64,000 nucleotides of DNA. It comes from Syntrophales bacterium (GTDB lineage: Bacteria > Desulfobacterota > Syntrophia > Syntrophales > UBA2210). Shown one piece after another: positions 53,933-63,504 of this stretch. Under the pieces are notes generated by a model that was not told the origin of the DNA, did not search any database, and saw only the letters and a list, made by a program, of their open reading frames with translations. Within the stretch, counting starts at the first letter, position 1, and every line of letters starts with the position of its first letter. Location: contig CAXXNF010000001.1 of NCBI GenBank assembly GCA_963666365.2, forward strand, positions 1,088,001-1,152,000, written 5' to 3'. The position numbers and the translations under genes were made by a program.

Positions 53933-54149
53933 GAGCTCCTTCCTTTCTTGGCTGAAATGCCTCATCAAGGATCTTTACCGATGACCGTCAGTACCGATAC
54001 CTGTGTACTCTTACGGAACATATCAGTTTTTTCCGCAAAAAAGAAGAAAAAGCATCTCACCGAAGGCGCGGAGGACCGCCATTTCTCTTGACAGAACCAC
54101 GACAGAGTATATGCTCGAAATGATACAAACGATGCGTAAGGAGCACATC

Positions 54150-55835
54150 ATGTTTCTGCCCGCCACTCAAGATGAAATGAAGGCCCTTCGATGGAATGCC
54201 CTCGATGTGGTGCTGGTCACTGGCGACGCCTATATCGATTCTCCTTTTGTGGGAGTGGCGGTTATCGGTAAGGTGCTCCTTGATGCGGGGCTTCGCGTAG
54301 GAATTATTGCGCAGCCCGACACTGCCTCGGAACAGGATATCCGTTGCCTTGGCGAACCGGCCCTTTTCTGGGGGGTGACGGCAGGATGCATCGATTCCAT
54401 GGTGGCCAATTACACCGCCAGCGGACGACGGCGCAGAAGCGACGATTACACGCCGGGAAACAGGAACAGGCGCCGTCCCGATCGTGCCGCTATCGTCTAC
54501 AGCAATCTTATCAGGCATTATTTCAAGCACACCCGTCCCATCGTGCTCGGCGGCATCGAGGCGAGCCTGCGCCGCATTGCTCATTACGACTTCTGGTCCC
54601 ACCGGATTCGCCGATCCATTCTCTTCGATGCCAAAGCCGACTATCTGCTCTACGGCATGGCCGATCATTCCGTATGTGAACTGGCGGCCTGTCTCCGCGA
54701 CGGGAAGGATCCCCGCAACATCCGGGGGCTCTGCTACGCTTCGCCTACTCCGCCGGAAGGCGCCCTGACGCTTCCCTCTTTTGAGGAGGTTGCACATGAC
54801 AAGGGGGCCTTTCGGGATATGTTTCACCTCTTTTACCGGAATAACGACCCGGTCACGGGGCGTCCGCTGGTACAAAAGCAGGACAGCCGGTATCTCATTC
54901 AGACCCCCCCACCCCTTCCCCTTTCTCAACAGGCACTCGATTCGGTCCATGGACTCAGGTATGAGCGGGCGCTGCACCCCTTCCATCGCAAGGATGGGAC
55001 CGTAAAGGCCCTTGACACCATCGGCGCTTCCATTGCCACGCACCGCGGCTGTTACGGAGAGTGTCATTTTTGCTCCATTGCCGTTCATCAGGGACGCACC
55101 GTGACTTGGCGGAGCCGGGAGTCGATTGTGGCGGAGGCGAAAGAACTGGCGGCCCAGCCGGGATTCAAGGGAATCATTCGCGACGTGGGAGGACCCACGG
55201 CCAACATGTACGGCATCGAGTGCAGCCGAAAGGAAAAAGAGGGCGCCTGTCCCTCACAGCGCTGTCTTTTCCCAACGATCTGCCGGGGACTCCCCGTCGA
55301 TCACGGAGCACAAATAAGTCTCCTGAAGGAACTCAGATCGGTTGACGGGGTGAAAAAGGTATTTGTCGCCTCGGGAATCCGGCATGATATGATCCTGGCC
55401 GACACAGACCATGGCGTTGCCTACCTGGAGGAGCTGATCCGCCACCATGTATCGGGGCAGATGAAGATCGCGCCGGAACATTCGGAAGCCCGGGTCCTGG
55501 AGATGATGGGGAAACCGGGCCCCGAGGCACTGCTTCGTTTCAAGGCACTTTTTACCCGCCTGACGCAAAAGCACAAAAAAACGGCTTTTCTGACCTATTA
55601 TCTCATCGCCGCCCACCCCGGCTGCACCGATGACGATATGCGGCGTCTCAGATCGTTCGCCCTGAGGGAATTTCGGCTGCTGCCCGAACAGGTGCAGATC
55701 TTTACCCCCACGCCTTCAACCTATTCCACGCTCATGTACTGGACCGGCGAGAATCCCTTTGACGGCACGCCCTGTTTCGTGGAAACTTCCGTGAGGGGCA
55801 GAGAACAGCAAAAGCGAATGCTGGCGAAGGAGTGA
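54150..55835 (+). CDS. ygiQ: YgiQ family radical SAM protein
   Basis: VTGDAYIDSP, DSMVANYT, GGIEASLRR, RGCYGECHFC, GGPTANMY, IAAHPG. Confidence 0.92.
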   Translation: MFLPATQDEMKALRWNALDVVLVTGDAYIDSPFVGVAVIGKVLLDAGLRVGIIAQPDTASEQDIRCLGEPALFWGVTAGCIDSMVANYTASGRRRRSDDYTPGNRNRRRPDRAAIVYSNLIRHYFKHTRPIVLGGIEASLRRIAHYDFWSHRIRRSILFDAKADYLLYGMADHSVCELAACLRDGKDPRNIRGLCYASPTPPEGALTLPSFEEVAHDKGAFRDMFHLFYRNNDPVTGRPLVQKQDSRYLIQTPPPLPLSQQALDSVHGLRYERALHPFHRKDGTVKALDTIGASIATHRGCYGECHFCSIAVHQGRTVTWRSRESIVAEAKELAAQPGFKGIIRDVGGPTANMYGIECSRKEKEGACPSQRCLFPTICRGLPVDHGAQISLLKELRSVDGVKKVFVASGIRHDMILADTDHGVAYLEELIRHHVSGQMKIAPEHSEARVLEMMGKPGPEALLRFKALFTRLTQKHKKTAFLTYYLIAAHPGCTDDDMRRLRSFALREFRLLPEQVQIFTPTPSTYSTLMYWTGENPFDGTPCFVETSVRGREQQKRMLAKE

Positions 55836-55838
55836 ACG

Positions 55839-57377
55839 ATGGGCTACCGTGAAATCACGTGCAGCATGCCGACCGAGTATGGTGAGGACGAACTGCGACG
55901 GGCCATCAGGAGTACACTCGGCGTCAGTGATTTTTCCTTTAGGATCGAGGGCAAGAGCCTCGATGCGCGGAAGAAGCAGGACATTCACTGGGTTCTTCGC
56001 ATCGCAGTGCTTTCGGAAGAACTCAAAGGGGGCGAGCCTCCCCCGCGACCGGCACTCTCAATCCCCTTTCGCAAAAGAAACAGGAAGGTGCTGGTAACAG
56101 GGAGCGGTCCCGCCGGTTTTTTTGCCGCCTATGTGCTTCAGAAAGCAGGATTTCATACCGTCATTATCGAGCGTGGCGCCGAGGTAAAGACGCGGGCCCT
56201 CGGCATCAGGGACTTTGAAGCGGGCGGACCCTTCAATCCGACCTGCAATTACGCCTTCGGCGAGGGGGGCGCCGGCGCCTTTTCCGACGGGAAGCTTACA
56301 TCCCGTTCGAAACATATTTCCAGGGAGAAGGAATTTATCCTGGAAAGCTATATCCGTGCCGGAGCTCCTGAAGAGATCCGCTATATGGCCCACCCCCACC
56401 TGGGAAGCGACAACCTGAAGACTATAGTGCGCAATCTGCGCAGGGCCTATATGAACAGCGGCGGTACGATCCTGTTCGAAACATCGCTCCTTGACATCAG
56501 GGTAGTGCGCGGCCGCGTCATGGAAGCGGAAACCTCTACGGGCATCTATGAAACCGATTACTGCATTGTCGCACCGGGTCACTCCGCCTATGATACCTAC
56601 CGCATGCTGATACAAAAGGGGGCGCCCTTTCAGATTAAAAATTTCGCTCTCGGATCACGTGTGGAGCATTCCCAGGAACTGATCAATCGCGCCCAGTGGG
56701 GACGGGCCGAGCTGCCGGGGGTAAAGGCCGCCGAATACCGGCTTACCTCAAAGGGGGATGGAATACTGCCCGTTTATACCTTCTGCATGTGTCCCGGCGG
56801 CGTGGTGGTGCCTGCCACCGCCTACGGGCATACCAACATCGTGAATGGCATGAGCCGCTATAAAAGAAACGGCGCCTTCGCAAACGCGGCCTGTGTGGCG
56901 GCCGTAAATCCCGAAGCGCTTAGAGGGCAAAAGACCGACCCCCTGGAGGTCCTCCAGTGGCTCGAAGAGCTGGAAGAAAAATTTTTTCACTATGCCGGGG
57001 GATTTTGTGCACCCTCCTGCTCCATCAAAAATTTTATAACCAAGGAAGAACCTTCCACGAGTGTCGCAACAAGCTATCCCCTGGGATTGAAACCGGCGGC
57101 CCTGTGGAATCTGCTGCCTGCACCGGTAGGCTCAGCCATTCGTGAAGGATTGAAACATTTTTCCCGCAAGCTACGGGGATTTGAAAAAGGAACCATCATG
57201 GGGCTTGAAAGCAAGACCTCTTCACCGATCCAGGCATTGAGGGAACAGGGCGGACGCTGCCGAGGCTTTGAAAATCTTTTTCTTGTAGGTGAGGGAAGCG
57301 GGTGGACCGGCGGCATCATTTCGAGCGGCGCCGACGGCATCAGGACCGCACTTCACATTATCGATCACGCGAAATAG
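55839..57377 (+). CDS. FAD-dependent oxidoreductase (uncharacterized conserved family)
   Basis: GSGPAG, FGEGGAGAFSDGKL, FCMCPGG, GEGSGWTGGI.S. Confidence 0.9.
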   Translation: MGYREITCSMPTEYGEDELRRAIRSTLGVSDFSFRIEGKSLDARKKQDIHWVLRIAVLSEELKGGEPPPRPALSIPFRKRNRKVLVTGSGPAGFFAAYVLQKAGFHTVIIERGAEVKTRALGIRDFEAGGPFNPTCNYAFGEGGAGAFSDGKLTSRSKHISREKEFILESYIRAGAPEEIRYMAHPHLGSDNLKTIVRNLRRAYMNSGGTILFETSLLDIRVVRGRVMEAETSTGIYETDYCIVAPGHSAYDTYRMLIQKGAPFQIKNFALGSRVEHSQELINRAQWGRAELPGVKAAEYRLTSKGDGILPVYTFCMCPGGVVVPATAYGHTNIVNGMSRYKRNGAFANAACVAAVNPEALRGQKTDPLEVLQWLEELEEKFFHYAGGFCAPSCSIKNFITKEEPSTSVATSYPLGLKPAALWNLLPAPVGSAIREGLKHFSRKLRGFEKGTIMGLESKTSSPIQALREQGGRCRGFENLFLVGEGSGWTGGIISSGADGIRTALHIIDHAK

Positions 57378-57431
57378 CTTCCCGGGAATTGTTTCCACCG
57401 ACCGATTATAGGGGGGCATATGGTCTAAGCA

Positions 57432-57826
57432 TAAGTGGGAACTGGATTCAACCACACTTATTGCAGCTCTATTGCGCGCCCGTACCAAGCATTATAAATT
57501 ATAATCAGTTGGTTAGAAAATAGCGAAGTGGAATTTATTAGCAAGGCGGCTCTTAGGTTTGGTTTGGCCCATTTTTATAAAAATTCCCGTATTTTGATAT
57601 TTTTGTCAAATGGTATGCCATTTCAAATATTTTACCGCAATATTGCAACACAATAAAATCACTTTTAAAATTGACAACACCCCTTCTCTCAACAGGAATT
57701 AAGTGGGAACATGGGTACAATATACTGGGAACACAAACCGGAAACAGAATAAATATATTATAACTTAATGATATTACATCGAATTTATTTAGTTTTATCT
57801 AGGTGACTATAAATTATTCTGGAAAC
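57432..57826 (+). repeat. Candidate transposase-binding repeats
   Basis: TAAGTGGGAAC at 57432 and 57700; variants AAGTGGAAT 57526, CTGGGAAC 57725, CCGGAAAC 57738, CTGGAAAC 57819. Confidence 0.6.
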
Positions 57827-57835
57827 TATATAAAT

Positions 57836-58321
57836 TTACAAGTTGCTGTTCTCAGTACCATCGGTTTTCAAGATTGATGCAACCTCCTTCTGTAATTCAC
57901 CAAGCTGGTTTTCAACACTCTTTATCTGCTTTTTAAGCTCCGCAATTTTAGGACTGTTGTTTTTAATATCTATTTCATAATCACCGAAAATACCCATAAA
58001 ACGTTTTGTACTAAACATTAGAAGGTTTAAATTTTTTATTAGCGAGTCAAGCCTAATGTCTTCCAGGGCGATGTCTAGTATCCCTAATTCTTCAGTGGAG
58101 GTCAACCCGTCACCCATTGGCCCCTCTCCATAACGCAACCACTTTTCACTAAGATCATAGACGTTGCAAATTAACTCAATTAATTTATCCGATGGAAGCA
58201 TGCCACCCGTTTCCACTTTGGAAATAAGAGGCTGATCTACCTTAAGGCTGTTAGCAAACGCTTTTTGCGACACCTTAAGCATACTTCTTAAACTATGTAT
58301 TCTTTTACCAATATCAGACAC
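57836..58321 (-). CDS. XRE-family HTH repressor with C-terminal coiled coil
   Basis: IGKRI..LR...SQ..FA..L.V.Q..ISKVETG...WLRYGEG; divergent from ner. Confidence 0.85.
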   Translation of the reverse strand: MSDIGKRIHSLRSMLKVSQKAFANSLKVDQPLISKVETGGMLPSDKLIELICNVYDLSEKWLRYGEGPMGDGLTSTEELGILDIALEDIRLDSLIKNLNLLMFSTKRFMGIFGDYEIDIKNNSPKIAELKKQIKSVENQLGELQKEVASILKTDGTENSNL

Positions 58322-58341
58322 TTAAAAACCTTCCTTCAAAA

Positions 58342-58391
58342 ACCATAACCACCATATTTTATCTTGACATTATGGTAATTATGGGTATAAT
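58342..58391 (+). promoter_or_regulatory. Early sigma70 promoter overlapped by operator-like inverted repeats
   Basis: TTGACA(58364)-16 nt-TATAAT(58386); ACCATA-acc-ACCATA ... TATGGT-aat-TATGGG. Confidence 0.75.
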
Positions 58392-58401
58392 CATAGTTAC
58401 G

Positions 58402-58749
58402 ATGAAAAAGAAAACAAAAAAACCCTCAAATATTCAATGGGAACTAATTAAAACCTTGCTTTTGGCTCGCGGCTATTCACTTGCCGATCTTGCCCGTCTG
58501 TATGGGGTAAATCCTGCTTGTTTCCGGTATGTAAAAAAAATACCTTACCCCAAAATTGAAAAAATTATAGCCAGTTACCTTGGCGTTAAACCCCAGGACA
58601 TATGGCCTGAACGATACGACGAAAACGGAAAGCCCAACAGAATTAACCAATGGTACTTGAGGGGCTCCCGTAAGGTGCAAGATACCACAATTGCAGAAGA
58701 ACAAAAAAGCAAAAATACCAAAAAGACAACAGAGGCGGACGGGCAATAA
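58402..58749 (+). CDS. ner: Ner/Nlp-like DNA-binding protein
   Basis: IK..L..RG.SL..LAR..G...PYPK.EKIIA.YLG..PQDIWPERY. Confidence 0.88.
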   Translation: MKKKTKKPSNIQWELIKTLLLARGYSLADLARLYGVNPACFRYVKKIPYPKIEKIIASYLGVKPQDIWPERYDENGKPNRINQWYLRGSRKVQDTTIAEEQKSKNTKKTTEADGQ

Positions 58750-58750
58750 T

Positions 58751-60844
58751 ATGCAACAATGTGACTGGTATACCGCGCAAGAGTTAGCCGATATGAATTT
58801 GCCCGGCATTCCCAATACAAAACGAGGTGTTAATAAATTCGCGTCTAAACATGCGTGGCCTTTCAGGAAACGAAAAGGAAAAGGCGGCGGTCGTGAATTT
58901 AACATCCATTCCATCCCCCATGCGGCGTTAACTGCATATATGCAATCAAACTTTCCACTCAATCAAATAACACACGCCCAGGACCGCAATTCCAATGACG
59001 ATATAGATTGCATTGCATATGCTAACGCCCCTGAATACAACAGAAAAATAGCCGACAAATATTTAAAATGGATCAGGCGCTTTGACGGTTTGTGTGGCAC
59101 CGAATTGAAAAGCGCCATCAGGCAAGAACAGAAGCTAAATCCCAATATCGACGTGCCGAGCTATCGTCGCCTTAATGCGTCAAGAAAAATATACGAACGT
59201 GAAGGCGTAGAAGGTCTTCTTGGGAGTTATGGCAATCGGGCGGGCAAAAGCAAGATACGCCCGGAATGGCAAAAGCATTTTAACTCATTGTATTTAACTG
59301 AAAAATTGCTTTCCGTTCGGGCATGTTGGAAAATGACATTAGGGAAATTTTGCAATGATAAAGAAGGGGCATCTTCCTTTCCCTCACCTACGGCCTTCCA
59401 AAGACGGCTTGAACAACAATTCCCGAAGTCTGCGATATATCTACATCGGTATGGCTTTAAAAAATGGAATCGAAAGTTCGGAAATTATATCCCCCGCGAC
59501 ATTTCCGATCTTAAGGCGGGTCAATGCTGGGTAGCAGATCACGCCCAACTTGATATATTTGTCAGGTTGAAAAACGGAAAGGTGGTTGCCCCCTGGGTGA
59601 CTGCCTGGATCGATGCAAAGTCAACAAAAGGATTAAGCGCACTACTTCACCCCGATCCGCCCAATTCTGACCATGTATTTCAAAGCTTTCATCACGCTGC
59701 AATTAAATTCGGTCTGCCTGAGTGTATCTACCTCGACAACGGGAAAGACTACCGATGCAGAGACTTTGCCGGAAAACCCCAAAAACATACAGTCAATATT
59801 GACGAAGCACAAACGACAACGATGATGTCTCTTTTGAATGTTGAGGTAATTTTTGCCATTCCGTACAATGCCCAAGCGAAACCAATAGAACGCACCTTTT
59901 TGAAATTTAAAGAGTCTTTTTCGAAAAACTTTGAGACATATCGGGGGGGTAATGTTATAGAGCGCCCCGAAACCCTCCTTCAAAAAATCAAAAATGGCGA
60001 ATCTGTCTATTTTGAAGAATTTGAACGCTGCTTTAATGAGTATGTCTTTGAAATATATAACAAAACACCGTCACACGGAAGGTATTTGCAGGGACGTTCA
60101 CCAGACGACCAATGGAATAGCGAATCTCCTATAAAACGCATGGTTTCAAAAGAAGCGTTAAAACTATTCTGTATGCGTACCTCAAAGCCTGTTGTTATTG
60201 GTCGTAACGGGATCAATGACGGAGACTTTGGGGTAAGTTATTGGTCTGATTGGATGATACATTATAAGGGCCGCAAGGTTTACGTTCGCAGGGATATTAA
60301 GGACTTTAACGAAGCCTGGGTATTTAGCGCGGAAACGGACGAATATCTTGGCAATGCCTTTCTTGTTGGATTGGTGCCGTTTCTTGCAAAAACTCCGACC
60401 GAGAAAAAAATTCTAAAGGAATTGATGGCTGAAAAGCGCCGTGAGGTTAAGCTGCTCCGCGAGTTAGGAAAATCTGATTACGTTCCTTCCGTTCAGGAAA
60501 GGCTGACTCACCTAAAAAAGGCAACTATGCTTCTTAGCCCTGAACCGGTCCCCGAAGGACAACAAAACGTTGTGTTGCTCGCTAATACTAAGATGGATAA
60601 AGTTGCACTGGCAAAAAAACAACACGCAAAATCATTGGAGATCAAGGAAAAATTTCTTGATAAATTGTACCCGAAAAGCCAGGGCACAGACAATTCTAAT
60701 GTAAAAGTACCCGATATGTTTGATAGATTTGCAATGGAGCCGATGCCTAACGTTACCCGCGACCAGGAAGAGGAAAAGCCGGAATATAATTTTTTTGAGC
60801 TGTTGGGGAAGGTGAATAAACAAAAATCACAAGGCGGCATTTAG
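58751..60844 (+). CDS. MuA-like DDE transposase
   Basis: N-terminal Mu-type DNA-binding domain (W.TAQELA...LPG.P....G...GKGGGREF); DDE WVADH, YLDNGKD, KPIER. Confidence 0.92.
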   Translation: MQQCDWYTAQELADMNLPGIPNTKRGVNKFASKHAWPFRKRKGKGGGREFNIHSIPHAALTAYMQSNFPLNQITHAQDRNSNDDIDCIAYANAPEYNRKIADKYLKWIRRFDGLCGTELKSAIRQEQKLNPNIDVPSYRRLNASRKIYEREGVEGLLGSYGNRAGKSKIRPEWQKHFNSLYLTEKLLSVRACWKMTLGKFCNDKEGASSFPSPTAFQRRLEQQFPKSAIYLHRYGFKKWNRKFGNYIPRDISDLKAGQCWVADHAQLDIFVRLKNGKVVAPWVTAWIDAKSTKGLSALLHPDPPNSDHVFQSFHHAAIKFGLPECIYLDNGKDYRCRDFAGKPQKHTVNIDEAQTTTMMSLLNVEVIFAIPYNAQAKPIERTFLKFKESFSKNFETYRGGNVIERPETLLQKIKNGESVYFEEFERCFNEYVFEIYNKTPSHGRYLQGRSPDDQWNSESPIKRMVSKEALKLFCMRTSKPVVIGRNGINDGDFGVSYWSDWMIHYKGRKVYVRRDIKDFNEAWVFSAETDEYLGNAFLVGLVPFLAKTPTEKKILKELMAEKRREVKLLRELGKSDYVPSVQERLTHLKKATMLLSPEPVPEGQQNVVLLANTKMDKVALAKKQHAKSLEIKEKFLDKLYPKSQGTDNSNVKVPDMFDRFAMEPMPNVTRDQEEEKPEYNFFELLGKVNKQKSQGGI

Positions 60845-60855
60845 AGGAGGTCAAT

Positions 60856-61830
60856 GTGGCTGCTCAAGCTGTTGCGAAAAAGGAAAATACTCTCCAAGAG
60901 ATACCGGAATATGGTTATTATACAAGACTTTCCAGGCGGTTTAGTTACACAATCAGAAGCCGCAATAACCCTTTTTCGTGGACTAGCCTTGCATTTCTTA
61001 TGAATAGGCCAGCTATGCAAATCAAACAATTTGCAGAGGGCATTTTTGATGATTATCTTTCTCCGATGATTGCCAAAGACGTTGAAGCCTTCCTGGTAAA
61101 ATATGAAACAGAGGAAACCCGCTTTGAGGATGATATATGTCAAACCTCTTTTTACACAGAAATATTTCAAACATGCCAATTTGCACGTGATTCCGTAGAC
61201 ATGGCCATCATTGACGGACAGGCGGGATCGGGAAAATCTGTTGCTTTGAGAGATTTTAAACGGCGTGATCCGCTTGCAATCATGATTACTCTTGACCCAT
61301 TGACAAAAGCACCCTCGACAGTTTTACCGCTTATAGGCAAACAGGTTCCCGTGAACACGTCAGATGCAAATAAATCGCAAATATTACAAAACATTATAGG
61401 GGCGCTTACAAACAGCAAACGCCTATTGATAGTCGATGAAGCGCACTTTTGCTCATGGGAGACATTAGAAACGCTTCGTCGCATTCATGATGCGGCGCAA
61501 GTAGGCGTTATTTTGTGTGGTCAAGAGCGCCTTTATAAGCAAATGAAAGACCCTAAATCAGGGTATCTGTGGGATCAGATCAGCTCACGTATTGGCATAA
61601 GGGCCACCCTTAAAAATATCAGAAGTGAAGATACGGAAATGATATGCCTTCGGTTGTGTCCAGGGCTTGACCCTAAGTGTTTGAAATATTTACATCAAAT
61701 AGCGCAAGATTCGGGCCGGTTCAGACTCGTTGCAAAAATACTCAAAAAAGCAATCAAGTTTGCAGACATTGACAAAGAAGCCGTGTCTTATGAGCTTATT
61801 CAAAGCATTGCGGCACAACATATTCTATAA
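60856..61830 (+). CDS. MuB-like AAA+ transposition ATPase
   Basis: GQAGSGKS, LLIVDEAH, LRRIHD, ILCG, SRIG. Confidence 0.9.
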   Translation: MAAQAVAKKENTLQEIPEYGYYTRLSRRFSYTIRSRNNPFSWTSLAFLMNRPAMQIKQFAEGIFDDYLSPMIAKDVEAFLVKYETEETRFEDDICQTSFYTEIFQTCQFARDSVDMAIIDGQAGSGKSVALRDFKRRDPLAIMITLDPLTKAPSTVLPLIGKQVPVNTSDANKSQILQNIIGALTNSKRLLIVDEAHFCSWETLETLRRIHDAAQVGVILCGQERLYKQMKDPKSGYLWDQISSRIGIRATLKNIRSEDTEMICLRLCPGLDPKCLKYLHQIAQDSGRFRLVAKILKKAIKFADIDKEAVSYELIQSIAAQHIL

Positions 61831-61846
61831 ACAGAGGGCTTATTTT

Positions 61847-62164
61847 ATGAAAAAAGAATTATCGCCAGAAGCACAGCGGGCTTTACGACGCCTAAAAACG
61901 GATGAAATTGAAGCGATACAAAAAAGCAATCCTTTCCGCAATGAACGAAACGAGGCGATTTATAGCTTAAGAAAACTAGGGCTAAAACATTCCATTCTTT
62001 CAGAGATTACGGGTATTTCCCTTACTCAAATGAAAAAGATTTGTCCAGGAAAACGCCGCGAAGAACAAAAGCAATTAGGGGCATTACAAGCGGGTATAGG
62101 ACCGCTCACCGAGGAAATCATAGCCTTAAGGGAGGCGATAGAAGAGTCGTTAAAGAACCGATGA
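61847..62164 (+). CDS. Small HTH protein, Mor/C activator-like
   Basis: RNEAIYSLRKLGLKHSILSEITGISLTQMKKI resembles the Mor-type HTH pattern. Confidence 0.55.
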   Translation: MKKELSPEAQRALRRLKTDEIEAIQKSNPFRNERNEAIYSLRKLGLKHSILSEITGISLTQMKKICPGKRREEQKQLGALQAGIGPLTEEIIALREAIEESLKNR

Positions 62165-62292
62165 TCCACTATTCAAACGCGCAAATACATATCAAATTAC
62201 CGACTAACACACTTTAGGCTTGGGTTTTAGTGCCGATTGAAATGATTTTAATTACGTTTCCTTATTGAAAACTAAAACTGAAAGGGAGGTAA

Positions 62293-62802
62293 GTGACTAT
62301 GGGGCATGAATTTTTAAAGACCGAAAAATGTGAGGAAGTACCTTTTGTTTCTGGCAGTTTGATAGACGACCTTGACGCTTGGTCCCGGAAATTGCAGGTA
62401 CTTGGGGGAGCAGTGAGTACAATTGCATGGTATAAGAGCAGAAATGTTGATAGTGATTGCTTTTTTGAGACCCAGGGCGAAACTTTGGGGCAGATTATTG
62501 AAGACTACGCCAAAGCCATAGAATTAACCATAGAGAAAAACGCCGCTATCTTTTCCGACCGAAAAGAAAATATCGATATTTTGATTAAGGGGTGTCAAGA
62601 AACCTATGATATTGTAAGTAAAAACCGTCACATTTCTGATATATGCGCGATAGATCGCCGGGTAGCGGAACTTGATGAATTTTTAAAGGGTGCGCTTGTC
62701 CCGGCAATGCGCTTGAAAAACAACTTTGAAACCCTAAAAAGGGAGATTCTTGCAATCAATAAAAAAGCCCCCGAAGCTGTGGCGGCAGCAGAAGGAGCCT
62801 AG
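62293..62802 (+). CDS. Hypothetical helical protein
   Basis: GGGAGG SD, 169-codon ORF, no recognisable motif. Confidence 0.7.
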   Translation: MTMGHEFLKTEKCEEVPFVSGSLIDDLDAWSRKLQVLGGAVSTIAWYKSRNVDSDCFFETQGETLGQIIEDYAKAIELTIEKNAAIFSDRKENIDILIKGCQETYDIVSKNRHISDICAIDRRVAELDEFLKGALVPAMRLKNNFETLKREILAINKKAPEAVAAAEGA

Positions 62803-62869
62803 GAAAAGGGACTTGAATAATCCCGTAAGCTGAAAATACTTTTAACGTAAAAAGAAAATGAAATCAAAA

Positions 62870-62925
62870 TGTTCCGGCTAGGGTAGCTCCCGAAAAGGCG
62901 GTTTCCTCGCCGCCTTGCCGGAACA
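62870..62925 (+). ncRNA. C4/CI-like antisense RNA (three-way-junction cloverleaf)
   Basis: P1 tgttccggc/gccggaaca; P2 ggg-tagct-ccc; P3 aaggcgg-tttcctcg-ccgcctt; loops complementary to downstream gaggggcaacc. Confidence 0.7.
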
Positions 62926-62944
62926 AAGAAATAGAGGGGCAACC

Positions 62945-62998
62945 ATGAGGGGGTTGTGCGGATCGTCGTGCAATCCCCTTTTTACATATACAGTTTAG
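62945..62998 (+). CDS. Putative 17-aa leader peptide MRGLCGSSCNPLFTYTV
   Basis: GAGGGG SD then ATG; spans a terminator-like hairpin. Confidence 0.45.
   Translation: MRGLCGSSCNPLFTYTV
62947..62983 (+). terminator. Terminator/attenuator hairpin inside leader ORF
   Basis: gagggggttgtgcg / cgtgcaatcccctt stem with GU pairs, followed by TTT. Confidence 0.55.
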
Positions 62999-63015
62999 CC
63001 AAGGAGGTTTAGCGC

Positions 63016-63483
63016 GTGGATATAAAAAATAAATATGACGCGGTTATTGGGCGCGAGGGGTTGGAACACCTGAAAGACATTGTTCTTTCAAGAAGTAACG
63101 TTACCCCTGGAAAGATCGACGCAAACCAGAGGCACATAAACCGCCTTTTGGGGATCGGAGATGAAGTATTCCTAAAATACTCACAAGATTGTCAACCGGG
63201 CGCTCTGGCCGCGAAAGCGCAGACACGGGCAGCACTCAACGCCTTTCGGAATGCCGGTGATCTTGTGTTTTCAAAGTATCGAAACAACCCCGAAAAGTGG
63301 CCCGAAATCATTGACGAATGTCAACGAAATATTAACGAATTGATGGGAATCAGCGACGAGAGCTTTGTTGATTATATGTGTAAAAAGGAAGCCCAAGAAA
63401 ATAGCACTATCGATGAAACCCAGCGAAAAATTAATCAAATAATCGGTGTGGATGATGAAACCTTTAAAAAATACAACAAATAA
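63016..63483 (+). CDS. Hypothetical protein with 3-4 internal ~22-aa repeats
   Basis: AAGGAGG SD; repeats IDxxQRxINxxxGxxDExFxxY. Confidence 0.8.
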   Translation: MDIKNKYDAVIGREGLEHLKDIVLSRSNVTPGKIDANQRHINRLLGIGDEVFLKYSQDCQPGALAAKAQTRAALNAFRNAGDLVFSKYRNNPEKWPEIIDECQRNINELMGISDESFVDYMCKKEAQENSTIDETQRKINQIIGVDDETFKKYNK

Positions 63484-63504
63484 TTTCAAATAGGAGGACA
63501 AAAT

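Noticed and set aside
57378..57560. tRNA or integrase att site at the island border
   Set aside because: No cloverleaf or TTCGA T-loop found; the element has a DDE transposase, not an integrase
58751..61830. Tn7-like/CAST (TnsB-TnsC) system
   Set aside because: No tniQ, cas genes or CRISPR array in the window; ner and the Mu-type N-terminal domain point to the Mu family
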